DNA of 64,000 nucleotides. It comes from a bacterium CG_4_9_14_3_um_filter_65_15. GTDB taxonomy: Bacteria > Krumholzibacteriota > Krumholzibacteriia > LZORAL124-64-63. The stretch is taken from the NCBI GenBank assembly GCA_002790835.1, contig PFVX01000059.1, forward strand, positions 723 to 64,722. The letters are read 5' to 3'. Under the pieces are notes generated by a model that was given only the letters and a program-made list of their open reading frames with translations, was not told where the DNA came from and made no database searches. The position numbers and the translations under genes are program-made. Position 1 is the first letter of the stretch; each line of letters starts with the position of its first letter. Below are positions 27,710 through 37,697 of the stretch, one piece after another.

Positions 27710-30046
27710 TTACGGTCCGGAACACTCAAAATCAACGCCGCCGGCCTTGACAATGATCCGGAATCTCTTTTCCACGGGTGTATCATCCAAGCTCGCCATG
27801 GCGCTCCGGGAGAGATCCAGGGCCTTGAAAATCACTCCCGTGGTGAAGCGTGTCTGCAAGTCGCCGTCCCGCCAGGTCACCTCATCAGGCAATTCGGAAA
27901 CCGCAGGTCGAACCTGTGAGAAGATGTTGTACCGCGAAGGCCTGGTCGGCTTAAAACCAAACTTCGTCTGGTCCAAAGCCACAGCCTGGATGGTCCCGCC
28001 GCCGGTCTGGCGAACCGACTTTTTGAACAGGTCGTCGGCGAGTTCCTGGTCGTTGCCGACCATGGACAGGAGAATGAAACGGTAAACTTCTTCCCCGCTT
28101 GTAATGAGGAACTCCGGCACGCCGATATCGACCGATACCTTCCAGATCCCCGTGGCCGCATCGATCTTGAGCCCAGGATCGGTGATGGTGAGAGTCCCAT
28201 AGGTGGGATCGTTCAGGCCGTCGTTGCCGCCGCCGTCCTTGATCTGATTGTACGGATCGCAATCGTAGTCGACCTGGTACCGCCAGCCCATGATCCGGTT
28301 CAGGGGAGTGGTCGTCCAGCTTTCCCTGGGGTCGTCGATTCCGTGCAGGAGCACTTCCATGCGGTAGAGGCGCGCGGAAATCGCCCATTGGTTGTCCGAC
28401 TGATCGGTCGTATCGGTCAGGACCTGGGTGAACCCGGTGTTCTTGTCGATCAGGATCACGGCCTTGTTCAGATATTCCAGTTCGTCGAAACCTGTACCGT
28501 TCGCCGTCACCCGGAACACCTGCTCCCCGTCGAAACATTTGTTGCTCGAGTGGCCGTCGTAGCACTCGATGTTCTCGTCGTACTGGGACGTCGAGAAGCG
28601 CTTCGGCAGCAGTTCGATGCACTGGATGCAGGGCGGGAAGCCGACGGTGAATTTGAGCTGGGCCGGGGTCCCGTCGGCACGTCCGTGTTCGTCGATGGAC
28701 TGCATGTTCACGGTCATGGTGTCCCGAGGGCCCACCAGGAATCCCAGGGTATCGGCGTACCAGCCACCCTCGCCTTCGGCCGGCCATGCGGGTTCGTAAT
28801 TGATGGTGCTGTTCTGGGTCTTGAAACTGAAGGACCCGCCGGAGAAGAGATCGATCACCCCTTCCAGGTATCCGGTCATCCCCAGAGCGTACTCGGGGTT
28901 GACCTTGACATCCCTTTGATCATCCCGCCCCAGGGCCTTGACCACGACGTACGTGCGGTCCGGGATCCGATCCCCATTCTGGAAGGGATGATGCACCTGC
29001 GCCGTATCGTTGAGCTGGATGTAGTAGGGGTATTCCTCGGGATCACCGGGGTGCTCGAGATCGAAACCTTCCACGATGCGGGTCTCGGGGTCGTAATTGA
29101 CCACGAATTTGTAGGGCCGCATGGAGGTGGCGACCTCCACCCCCGCCACATCGATGGAGTTGACCTCCAGTTCCACCTCACCGCTGGGCAACAGCTTCAC
29201 GAACGGGTTCAGGTCGGTGGTGTTGCCGCTATTGGCAAAGAACAGACTGGTCCGGCTGCCGAAATAGGAGATGCTGTCACCGGTGGCCTCCACGGCCTTG
29301 CGGGGATGCCAACAGTCCGTCTCGGAGTCGATACAATTCCCGCCCAGCTCCCCCAGGATGCGCCACTTGTAGCCGAACAGGCCATCGTCCACCGGCGGCA
29401 CCGTATCGAGGGCCGCCAGGGCAGCGGGATCAAAACCCTGGACGTTCGGTGAAGTCCCTGCCCACCCCAGACGGTAGGAGACGCCGTACCCCACGGTATC
29501 GGCCGCACCGAATGCCATTTCGGTGGTGTCGTTCTCACCGATCCGGAAAAACCGCAAGGTCGGATTCCCCAAAGTGTTGGTGAAAAAATGCAGTCTGGCC
29601 GGGGTCCGGTCGAAATCGCCGTAATCGTCGATGGCCACCATGTGCAGGGTCAGGTCGTAGGCTGTGCTGACACCCTGGTCGATGGTGAAGTTGAAGACCG
29701 AGTCCGTCCGGGTGGTGTAGTGCCCGATCTCCAGAGTCGTTGCATCCAGCGCAGGATTGAAGTTGATATCTTCCTCGTCGTCGCTGGTCCGGTCGTCCTG
29801 AACGGTGGTGTCGGTCACGGCCCAGACGAACCGCTCGACCCTGCCGTCCTCGTCCGACCCATACCAGTAGACATGGAAGTGGAAGTAGCCTCCCCCGTCT
29901 TCGGCAGGAGCGCCGATGATGTAGGTCTCGGGAGCCTTGTTCACGACGACCGCTTCCGGCTGAAATGCGCGACACCCGGTAAGCACCAGGGACAGAAGCA
30001 CCAATATGGCCGGGATTTTCCAACCGGTATTTCGATTGAGCATCAT
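27710..30046 (-). CDS. Large lipoprotein A (Ig/FN3-like repeats)
   Basis: Lipobox LTG-C; NKAPET...YWYGSDEDG...AIDDYGDFDRTPA module, repeated later as DPETR...SIDEHGRADGTPA. Confidence 0.75.
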   Translation of the reverse strand: MMLNRNTGWKIPAILVLLSLVLTGCRAFQPEAVVVNKAPETYIIGAPAEDGGGYFHFHVYWYGSDEDGRVERFVWAVTDTTVQDDRTSDDEEDINFNPALDATTLEIGHYTTRTDSVFNFTIDQGVSTAYDLTLHMVAIDDYGDFDRTPARLHFFTNTLGNPTLRFFRIGENDTTEMAFGAADTVGYGVSYRLGWAGTSPNVQGFDPAALAALDTVPPVDDGLFGYKWRILGELGGNCIDSETDCWHPRKAVEATGDSISYFGSRTSLFFANSGNTTDLNPFVKLLPSGEVELEVNSIDVAGVEVATSMRPYKFVVNYDPETRIVEGFDLEHPGDPEEYPYYIQLNDTAQVHHPFQNGDRIPDRTYVVVKALGRDDQRDVKVNPEYALGMTGYLEGVIDLFSGGSFSFKTQNSTINYEPAWPAEGEGGWYADTLGFLVGPRDTMTVNMQSIDEHGRADGTPAQLKFTVGFPPCIQCIELLPKRFSTSQYDENIECYDGHSSNKCFDGEQVFRVTANGTGFDELEYLNKAVILIDKNTGFTQVLTDTTDQSDNQWAISARLYRMEVLLHGIDDPRESWTTTPLNRIMGWRYQVDYDCDPYNQIKDGGGNDGLNDPTYGTLTITDPGLKIDAATGIWKVSVDIGVPEFLITSGEEVYRFILLSMVGNDQELADDLFKKSVRQTGGGTIQAVALDQTKFGFKPTRPSRYNIFSQVRPAVSELPDEVTWRDGDLQTRFTTGVIFKALDLSRSAMASLDDTPVEKRFRIIVKAGGVDFECSGP

Positions 30047-30180
30047 ACTGGCATGCACCCTCCGGGAAGCATTTGCGTGACAGCAGGTTCTGTACAGTCG
30101 CCGAGGTGGGTCCGGCAACAGGAAGGGCGATCGCCAGTCAAGGCAGTAGCCCGTGGGGATGGTCCATTAACAGCCCCTGA

Positions 30181-30210
30181 AATATAGGGATTCGAAGTAT
30201 TCGCTGTCAA
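30181..30210 (-). promoter_or_regulatory. Sigma70-type promoter (TTGACA-N18-TATATT) for the lipoprotein operon
   Basis: Near-consensus hexamers downstream of the 30266 terminator and upstream of ATG 30046. Confidence 0.75.
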
Positions 30211-30265
30211 CCAGAAGGTTCCATTCCCGGGGGCAAACACACCTGTCGATAGGCATAATCCCCAC

Positions 30266-30296
30266 AAAAAGGAGCGGCTCCCGAAGGAGCCGCTCC
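30266..30296 (-). terminator. Rho-independent terminator after the 1018-aa CTD protein
   Basis: Perfect 11-bp stem GGAGCGGCTCC/GGAGCCGCTCC with a 4-nt loop, followed by U5 on the minus strand. Confidence 0.9.
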
Positions 30297-30330
30297 CAAA
30301 GGCCACACAAGGTGGAGGAATCCGAGGGGA

Positions 30331-33300
30331 TTACTTCACCATGGTGATCTTGTTGACCTGGACCTCATCACCGTAGCGAGCTTCGTAGAAGTACACGCCG
30401 GAAGCAACAGAGGAACCAGAGTTGCTGGTGCCGTTCCAGTCCACGGACTGGGTACCGGCATCCATCACGTCGTCGACCAGGGTCCGGACGAGTTCACCGC
30501 GAATGTTGAAGATCTTCACCGTCACATGACCACGCTTGGGCATGTTGTAGGAGACCGTAACCTTCGGGTTGAACGGGTTCGGGAAAGCCTTGGTCGCGAA
30601 CTGCGCTCCAGGAATCACGCCCGAGGGGGTACCACCGGAAGTCTGGCCAAACCAGTCCAGAACATCCGACAGAACCTGCGCGCGCGCGGTCAACGGAGCA
30701 GCGGCCTGGGCGCCGCAAGTCGGGTCGTCGTAGATGAACATGAAGTCATACGGCGTACTGACGAGCTTGCTGCCGTTGGCCCGAACGTTGGCAGTGGCAG
30801 CACTGTAGGTGTACTGACCAGCAACGCAACCGGGAGCCAGGAATTCGGCCAACTGCGTGGCGCCGGCACGCGGAGTCACGGCGTCGAACGTGTTGATTCC
30901 AAAGCAACCACCGTAGGCAACCCAGGAAGACTGATTCACGATGACACCGTTGCCTGCCAGAGCGGAGACGACGGGAGTGGCCTGGTTGTCGATCAACGGA
31001 AGCAGATTGGTGCTCACGAGATCCAGACCCATGTAGTCGTTCAAGAACGTCAGGGTGTTGGTCCCACTACCGTCGAGATCGTTGGCCAGCTCATCACCGG
31101 TCAGGAACATACCCTTGATCGGGTCGCCAGGAGCGGGCAGATCCAACCACGATGACACGAGGTCAACGTCGTTGCCATAGTCGCTGCTGGAGGCGAAATC
31201 GCCGTTGCTGATGGTGAACTTGGACAGATCGCCGGAGGTGTACAGCATGGTGTTGTAGTTGGCGATCTGACTGATGGAGGCACGACCACCGAGACCATTA
31301 CCCACACCGGAGCTCGGGCCCGTGGTGTAGTAAATGTCGTAGTCGCTGCCGGGAACGTAGCCCAGCTGATCCAAAGCGCTGTACCATTCCTGCTCTCCGC
31401 CACGGCGGGCGAAGTCGTTCCAGAACAACACCTCAGGCTGGGTGTAGTTGCCAGGAGTACCCGTGATCGACGGCAGGCCGTGCACGATGAAGTCCTGGTT
31501 GTAGGCCAGAGGATGGCTGAAATCACCGTAACCGGAGATGTCGCCGGGGATGTGGACGGACTTGATGTCGCCGGCCACATCGTCACTGGCTTCGATGTAG
31601 TAGTGAAGCACGTCACCGGGGTACAAGAAGCCGGTGTCGGGCAGGTCGAAGGCCCACACGTTCGGAGCAACGATGCCATTCACGTTACGAGCGGAGTCGC
31701 CAGCGGAAACGCCGGTCGTCGCGGTACCGAAGATGCTCGTGCGGTAAGCGTTGAACGCGGGGTTCGGCTGCATGGTCCAGTGCAGGATCGGAGGACCGTT
31801 CAGAACGGCACCGGTACGAACCAGCTTGACCGTGCAGGTGATCGAGTCGGCCGGATCGTTGGCCAGATCGGACGGCACGTTGGTGTTGTTGGCCGCATCG
31901 AACCGCACACTCAGGATCGAAGGATCCGTCATGTCGATAAGACCGACCTCAGGGAAGTTGTCCTGAGCCATGTCGATAACACGGTAGGTCACACCAGGAC
32001 CGGCGAAGGGGAAGACCTTCAGGTTCACGTTGTCGAAGTAGGGAGCAGGATAGCCGTCGAGGCCGGCGAAGTACTGCACACAACCCATACGGATCTGCAC
32101 CCTCTCACGAGCGGGCTGCACCCAGGACGTGGCGTCGTTAATAGGGCGGATGTAGTCGGGGCCACCGTAGTACACATAGCCCGTGCTGTTCCAACCCTGG
32201 GTCTCGATGTCCTCTCCCACGAGTGCGGAGCGCACGCCGAAGAAGTAGAAGATACCCGGGCTGTCAGGAGAGAAGTCCTCGTGACGGTAGACGTCGAAGC
32301 CGAACCAGAGACCGTCGTAGGTGGCGTTGGGCCACGTCATCTCGGGAGACTTGACGTAGTTGTTGATGGCCCCACCGGGGGACATGCCACCGGTCGGAGT
32401 CACAATCGCACCACCGGGGCCGTAGCACCAGTTGACGCACTGGCTGCCGCCGGTGCCGGGAACGACCACGCCGTCATCGATGAAGGCGACCTGGTTCGTA
32501 CCGTTGGTGTTACAGGGATCGATGTCGGACAGACCGCACCAGATCTGGGCGAAGTCGCCGACGGCGATCGGAGCCACCGTCGTCCAGTTACCCATACCGG
32601 TTTCGAAGTCGTCGAAGGTGCTGTAATTGTTGGCACCGTTGACCACGGAGACGGTCACGTCGTCCAGAGTCGCGGCGCCGAAACCACCATAGCAGTAACC
32701 TTCGGCCGAGTAGGCACCGTCAGAGAAGAAACGGAAATCGATGACGATTTCGTTGCCGTTGATGTAATCCCCGGGCAGGTAGGTGATAATCCCGGAGAAA
32801 GCCTCGGCCACGCCACCGGCACTGTCGCCGTTGAAGGTAAGGGCGTTCTGGTAGCCCAGAAGACCCGTGACCTGGTAGCTCAGGTAGACGTAGTCGTAGT
32901 CCTGCTCCACCTGATAAAGGATGTTACCGCTGACGGTGACCGTGGAGCTGGAAGAATTATCGAGGACGGAATAACGCCACTCGACGAGGTCGTTCCAGTC
33001 ATCCCCGTAACCGGCGAAGTTGGCTCCGCAGGCGGGGAAGTAGTCGCCGCACCACAGGCCGTTGCCGGTGATACCCAGGGTATCGAAGCCGGCGGGCGCG
33101 AACACATGCCAGTGGGAAGACGCGGCGTTACCGGACGTCAAATCGACCGAGCTCCAGCCGGCGGGCAGACGGTCAACGCCACAAACGGCATTTTCGAAGT
33201 CTCCCTGATAGAGGCCGCCTGGCCCCATCAGCTGAATGGTATCGCCGGCGGCCTTAGCGCCATAAGCGTTACTGCCGGATTGCCAGGCGTTGACATCGCT

Positions 33301-33387
33301 AGTGAAGCTGGGGATATCCCCGGCCACACTGCTCATCGCCATACCCAGCACCAGGGCGACACAAGCAAACATGGTGAATTTCTTCAT
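30331..33387 (-). CDS. 1018-aa secreted Cys-containing protein with FlgD-Ig/T9SS type A-like CTD (candidate major surface protein)
   Basis: Signal peptide MKKFTMFACVALVLGMAMSSVA; CTD KAFPNPFNP...IFNIRGELVRTL...WNG...VASGVYFY...KITMVK; GAT-like domain before the CTD. Confidence 0.85.
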   Translation of the reverse strand: MKKFTMFACVALVLGMAMSSVAGDIPSFTSDVNAWQSGSNAYGAKAAGDTIQLMGPGGLYQGDFENAVCGVDRLPAGWSSVDLTSGNAASSHWHVFAPAGFDTLGITGNGLWCGDYFPACGANFAGYGDDWNDLVEWRYSVLDNSSSSTVTVSGNILYQVEQDYDYVYLSYQVTGLLGYQNALTFNGDSAGGVAEAFSGIITYLPGDYINGNEIVIDFRFFSDGAYSAEGYCYGGFGAATLDDVTVSVVNGANNYSTFDDFETGMGNWTTVAPIAVGDFAQIWCGLSDIDPCNTNGTNQVAFIDDGVVVPGTGGSQCVNWCYGPGGAIVTPTGGMSPGGAINNYVKSPEMTWPNATYDGLWFGFDVYRHEDFSPDSPGIFYFFGVRSALVGEDIETQGWNSTGYVYYGGPDYIRPINDATSWVQPARERVQIRMGCVQYFAGLDGYPAPYFDNVNLKVFPFAGPGVTYRVIDMAQDNFPEVGLIDMTDPSILSVRFDAANNTNVPSDLANDPADSITCTVKLVRTGAVLNGPPILHWTMQPNPAFNAYRTSIFGTATTGVSAGDSARNVNGIVAPNVWAFDLPDTGFLYPGDVLHYYIEASDDVAGDIKSVHIPGDISGYGDFSHPLAYNQDFIVHGLPSITGTPGNYTQPEVLFWNDFARRGGEQEWYSALDQLGYVPGSDYDIYYTTGPSSGVGNGLGGRASISQIANYNTMLYTSGDLSKFTISNGDFASSSDYGNDVDLVSSWLDLPAPGDPIKGMFLTGDELANDLDGSGTNTLTFLNDYMGLDLVSTNLLPLIDNQATPVVSALAGNGVIVNQSSWVAYGGCFGINTFDAVTPRAGATQLAEFLAPGCVAGQYTYSAATANVRANGSKLVSTPYDFMFIYDDPTCGAQAAAPLTARAQVLSDVLDWFGQTSGGTPSGVIPGAQFATKAFPNPFNPKVTVSYNMPKRGHVTVKIFNIRGELVRTLVDDVMDAGTQSVDWNGTSNSGSSVASGVYFYEARYGDEVQVNKITMVK

Positions 33388-33729
33388 TTTTTTCCCCCCA
33401 TCATCGGCACGAAGCCGATACATGGTTAGGCGAACGATTGAATGCACACGCCAGATTCAGGCGAATTAGCGGTACATTGACGGGCGACAAATAAGTTCCC
33501 AGAGACTGCACACGCAGAGCGAACTGCGCTTCACGAGCGAGACATCCTCCTCTGATGCAGACCCATTGGTGACGAGCGAACAAGCGTCAAGTGATTTCAG
33601 CGAACTGCAAGTGGAAAACAGGGACAGCGCACCTCAAGGGATGGGAACGGATTGTCTTTGAGTCGCACCATTACCTTACCCGAACCACGCTGGGGAGTCA
33701 ATAGTCTTTCGGAAAAAAATATCATGCCT

Positions 33730-33767
33730 AAAAAACCGGGACCGTTCGGTAGGCTGGACGGACCCGG
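33730..33767 (-). terminator. Rho-independent terminator after glyS
   Basis: Minus strand CCGGGUCCGUCC/GAACGGUCCCGG stem (two mismatches) followed by U6. Confidence 0.75.
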
Positions 33768-33789
33768 ATTCAGATTTTCCGCTATCAGG

Positions 33790-35985
33790 TCAATTATCCG
33801 TAGCTACCATCTCCTGAAAGTCACCGTATCGTGCAAAAAGTCCGTGAATCTCACGCAAAAAGGCGATTCGTGCGGCCTGAAGGCTTTCATTATCGTCAAG
33901 AACTCTTACGGTTTCAAAAAATTTGTCGATGGCCGGTCCAAGGTCCGATAAAATGGCGAAAACATCGGCCATCCGGCCTTCGGCTTCGGCCAAGGCAACC
34001 TCCCCCGCGGCGGCGGCGGTCATCCTGCGCAGTCCCTCGGCCACGGGGTGCCCCAGGCCTGCGAAGTTCTCGCCGGCCGCTCCGCTTCCACCGGACAACC
34101 ACCTCTGCAGACAGGGGTCGAACTGGTCCACAGGCAGGATGTCCCCCTTGAGGATGTTGCGGCAACGCTTGAATCCCACGGCCGCCTGCAGAAAATCCTC
34201 CCGCTGCCGGTGGACAGCCAGGGCTTCACTCCAGGCGCGGGCCGCCACCGGATCAAACCAGCGCACCGGCAGGATGGCTCGCACGACTTCCGGAACCTGA
34301 CCCAGGCTGTCGATGAAATAGCCCTCCAGGCGGACACGGATGAATTCGGCAATTTCTTCCGCAGAAGCCGCCAGGCCCTGTCCGGTGGCGAATTCGCCCA
34401 CACCGGCCAGGGCATCCTCCAGAACCAGGCGCAGATCCAGGTGCCAACCCCGGTCAAGCAGGATCCTGACCATCGCCAGGACGTGCCTCCTCAGACCGTA
34501 GGGATCCTTGGCTCCGGTGGGTACGAAGCCCGCCAGCCAGCACCCACACAGGGTATCCAGGCGGTCGGCGAGGGAAAGGCAACAGCTCAGGTCATCCTGG
34601 GGCAGATCCCCCGTGGCGGATCGAGGGGCGTAATGGAATTCGATGGCCCGCGCCACCGCAGGATCCTCCCCCGCCCTTTCCGCATAACGAGCCCCCATGA
34701 ATCCCTCCAGCTTGGTGAATTCCTTGCCGTCGCGGATCATCTCGCTGGTCAGGTCGTTCTTGCAGATGAGCGCGGCCCGGGTCAGGGCCACCGGCGCTTC
34801 CGCTCCCTGTGACAAGTGCTTGACCCACAATTGGGAGCTCAGAGCCACCAAGCGGCGGCTCTTGTCCAGAACCGTCCCAAACCCCTCCATCCACGTCACC
34901 GACTCCAGCAGTTCGGTCCGCTCGTCCGGGCTCTTCTGCTGGTCGAAATTCCAGTAGAACAGGGCGTCGGCAAGTCGCGCCCGCAGCACCCGCTCGTTGC
35001 CGGCAATCACATTGTCCAGGTGGTCGCCTCCCCCGTCCCTGACTGCAGCGAAGCGGGGCAACAGCTTTCCGTTTTCGCGATCCCGCACGGTGAAATAGCG
35101 CTGGTGGGCCTTCAACGCCGTGGCAATGACCTCGGCCGGCAGGGCAAAATACTCCTCGGCGTACGCGCCAAGGAACGGGGTGGGGTGTTCACAGAGGAAG
35201 ACCACCTCGTCCAGAAGTTCGGCGTCCACGATGAGTTCGGCGTCGCCGGAATACTCCTTCAACAGACCGTCGAGCCCGTCGGTGATCAGGGTCCGCCGGA
35301 GTTCGGGGTCGACAACAACCCCGGCCTGCTCCATGACCGCGGGATAATCGCCGACCGCGGAGAGCGAAAAAGTGGCGTCGCCTACCAGGGTTCGGTGCCC
35401 CCGGGTCGTGCGCCCGGCCTCCAGGTAATCGACCCGGCAGGGGACGATCTCCTCACCCAGCAGGGCCACGAGCCACTGCAGGGGACGGGGATATTCCAGA
35501 TCGTAGTCGGCCCACCGCATGACCTTGCGAAAAGGCAGCCCCAGGATGAGATCCGGCACCGTTTCGGCCAGGACCACGCCGGCCTCCCGGCCCGGCTCCA
35601 TGACCCGCGCCAGCAGGAATTCCCCCCGCTGATCCTCCCCCCGCTCGCAATCCGCGAGTTCGATACCGGCCTTCCGCGCAAATCCTTCTGCGGCCGGAGT
35701 CGGCTCGCCGTTTGGCCCGAAGGCCACGCTCACCGGAGGGCCCTTGATCGTTTGTTCACGGTCGGCCTGCCGCAGGGTCACCGCCTCGGCCACCAGGACC
35801 AGACGGCGGGGGGTGGCCATCACCCTGACCTTGCCGGTGTCCAGACGGGCATCCGCCATGATTTTGGCAAATCCCGTCTGCAGGGCCTTCATGGCCCCGG
35901 GGATAAACCGGGCGGGAATTTCCTCGCTGCCGATCTCCAGCAGGAATGGCAGGGTTGCTTGGGGGTCGCCTTTATGCTGCATCAT
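33790..35985 (-). CDS. glyS: Glycine--tRNA ligase beta subunit
   Basis: [57 protein letters not shown]. Confidence 0.96.
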   Translation of the reverse strand: MMQHKGDPQATLPFLLEIGSEEIPARFIPGAMKALQTGFAKIMADARLDTGKVRVMATPRRLVLVAEAVTLRQADREQTIKGPPVSVAFGPNGEPTPAAEGFARKAGIELADCERGEDQRGEFLLARVMEPGREAGVVLAETVPDLILGLPFRKVMRWADYDLEYPRPLQWLVALLGEEIVPCRVDYLEAGRTTRGHRTLVGDATFSLSAVGDYPAVMEQAGVVVDPELRRTLITDGLDGLLKEYSGDAELIVDAELLDEVVFLCEHPTPFLGAYAEEYFALPAEVIATALKAHQRYFTVRDRENGKLLPRFAAVRDGGGDHLDNVIAGNERVLRARLADALFYWNFDQQKSPDERTELLESVTWMEGFGTVLDKSRRLVALSSQLWVKHLSQGAEAPVALTRAALICKNDLTSEMIRDGKEFTKLEGFMGARYAERAGEDPAVARAIEFHYAPRSATGDLPQDDLSCCLSLADRLDTLCGCWLAGFVPTGAKDPYGLRRHVLAMVRILLDRGWHLDLRLVLEDALAGVGEFATGQGLAASAEEIAEFIRVRLEGYFIDSLGQVPEVVRAILPVRWFDPVAARAWSEALAVHRQREDFLQAAVGFKRCRNILKGDILPVDQFDPCLQRWLSGGSGAAGENFAGLGHPVAEGLRRMTAAAAGEVALAEAEGRMADVFAILSDLGPAIDKFFETVRVLDDNESLQAARIAFLREIHGLFARYGDFQEMVATDN

Positions 35986-36863
35986 GCCGTCTCTTTTCCG
36001 AGCAGGGGGAAACCCATTTCCTCCCGGCTTTGCACATAGGTGCGGGCCGCCAAGCGGGCGAGGTTGCGGACCCTGGTGATGTACCCGGTCCGCTCGGTCA
36101 CCGAAATGGCGCCCCGGGCCTCCAGGACGTTGAACAAATGACTACACTTGATGACCGCGTCATATCCGGGATAGACCAGCCCGGCCTCCAGCAGCCGGGA
36201 CGCCTCCTGCTCCTTCTCATCGAAGTGGCGCCGATACATTCCGGTGTCGGCGTGCTCGAAGTTGAAGGCGGAGTATTCGCGCTCGAATTGTCCCATGACC
36301 TCACCCCAGGTCAGACCGCCACCCCAGACCAGGTCCTTGACGTGGTCGACGCCCTGGATAAACATGCACAGCCGCAGCAGTCCGTAGGTCAGCTCCACGG
36401 CCACGGGTTTGCATCGCACTCCGCCCACCTGCTGGAAGTAGGTGAACTGGGACACCTCCATGCCGTCCAGCCAGACCTCCCAGCCCAGACCGGCCGCCCC
36501 CAGGGTGGGCGATTCCCAGTCATCCTCCACGAAACGGATGTCGTGCTCGGCCGCCTTGATGCCCAGGGCCCCCAGGGACTCCAGGTAAAGCTCCTGGCTG
36601 TTGGCCGGATTGGGCTTGAGGATCACCTGGTACTGCAGGAACTGGTGCACGCGGTTGGGATTTTCCAGGTAGCGCCCGTCCTTGGGACGCTTGCTGGGCT
36701 CCACGTAGGCCACCCTCCAGGGTTCAGGCCCCAGGGCGCGCAGGAAGGTATTGGGATTGAACGTTCCCGCGCCCACCTCGCTGTTGTAGGGCTGGGTGAT
36801 CACGCAACCGTAGTCACTCCAGAACTTCTGCAGTGAGGCGATCATATCCTGGTAGCTCATCAT
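35982..36863 (-). CDS. glyQ: Glycine--tRNA ligase alpha subunit
   Basis: [58 protein letters not shown]. Confidence 0.98.
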   Translation of the reverse strand: MMSYQDMIASLQKFWSDYGCVITQPYNSEVGAGTFNPNTFLRALGPEPWRVAYVEPSKRPKDGRYLENPNRVHQFLQYQVILKPNPANSQELYLESLGALGIKAAEHDIRFVEDDWESPTLGAAGLGWEVWLDGMEVSQFTYFQQVGGVRCKPVAVELTYGLLRLCMFIQGVDHVKDLVWGGGLTWGEVMGQFEREYSAFNFEHADTGMYRRHFDEKEQEASRLLEAGLVYPGYDAVIKCSHLFNVLEARGAISVTERTGYITRVRNLARLAARTYVQSREEMGFPLLGKETA

Positions 36864-36869
36864 CGCAGG

Positions 36870-37697
36870 TCAATCCTTTCGCGGACGCAAGAGGTCCAGG
36901 GCGGCCGGCAGACGATATCCCGGCAAGTGGTAGCCCAGAAATCCGTGCAAAAGGGCACCGATTTCCCGCCGCAAGGCGCGGGACCAGGGCACCTCCGCCG
37001 GGGCCAGCGCTCCGCCCCCGGCGATGGTCAGCAGGGCCGTCCACGCCCCCGCGCTCAACCGGCGTCGAGCGCCTCCGGGCGGCTCCCGCTCGCCTCCACA
37101 CCCGGGGCACATTCCTCCACCCTCGGCCAGGGAAAACCAGAGACCGCCGGAAACCTGGGGATCCAGTTCGGTCCCGCAACCGGCGCAGGCGGTCAGTTCC
37201 GGAGCCAGGCCGTGCAGGCGGAGCAGATTCCATTCGAGCCCGAAGAAAGCCAGGCCGGGCGCCGTGCAGGTCGGGGACGATAACATCCGGACAAACTCCT
37301 CGCAAACCGCAAACAGGCTGTCCGTATCGCCGTCGTTCGCAGATGAGGCGCCCTCGGGATCACGAGGACGACAACGATCGACCAGTTCCAGAGCACCCAG
37401 CAGGAAGGCCGACCTTTCCAGCGAAGCGCCGGTGCCCAGAGGATCCAAGTGAACGGAGCCGGCCCGCAGATACTGGAGCTGGCGCCCGGGGTCCAGGCCG
37501 AATTCCACTCCGATCAACCGTCCCGGCTCCACCAGGGGCCGCAGCTGGGAGCGAGGCCGGCGGGCCGCTTTGGCGATCACCTTCACGTATCCGTGGTCGC
37601 GGGTCAGGTAGGACGCGATGGCGCTGGTTTCACCGCAGGGCCAGCTGCGCAGAACCAGGGCATCGGTGCAGGCAACCGGCCGAGGCAGAACGCTCAC
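36870..37697 (-). CDS. recO: DNA repair protein RecO
   Basis: DALVLRSWPCGETS, HGYVKVIAKAARR, C4 zinc finger (CAGC...CPGC); usual position upstream of glyQ. Confidence 0.9.
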   Translation of the reverse strand: MSVLPRPVACTDALVLRSWPCGETSAIASYLTRDHGYVKVIAKAARRPRSQLRPLVEPGRLIGVEFGLDPGRQLQYLRAGSVHLDPLGTGASLERSAFLLGALELVDRCRPRDPEGASSANDGDTDSLFAVCEEFVRMLSSPTCTAPGLAFFGLEWNLLRLHGLAPELTACAGCGTELDPQVSGGLWFSLAEGGGMCPGCGGEREPPGGARRRLSAGAWTALLTIAGGGALAPAEVPWSRALRREIGALLHGFLGYHLPGYRLPAALDLLRPRKD

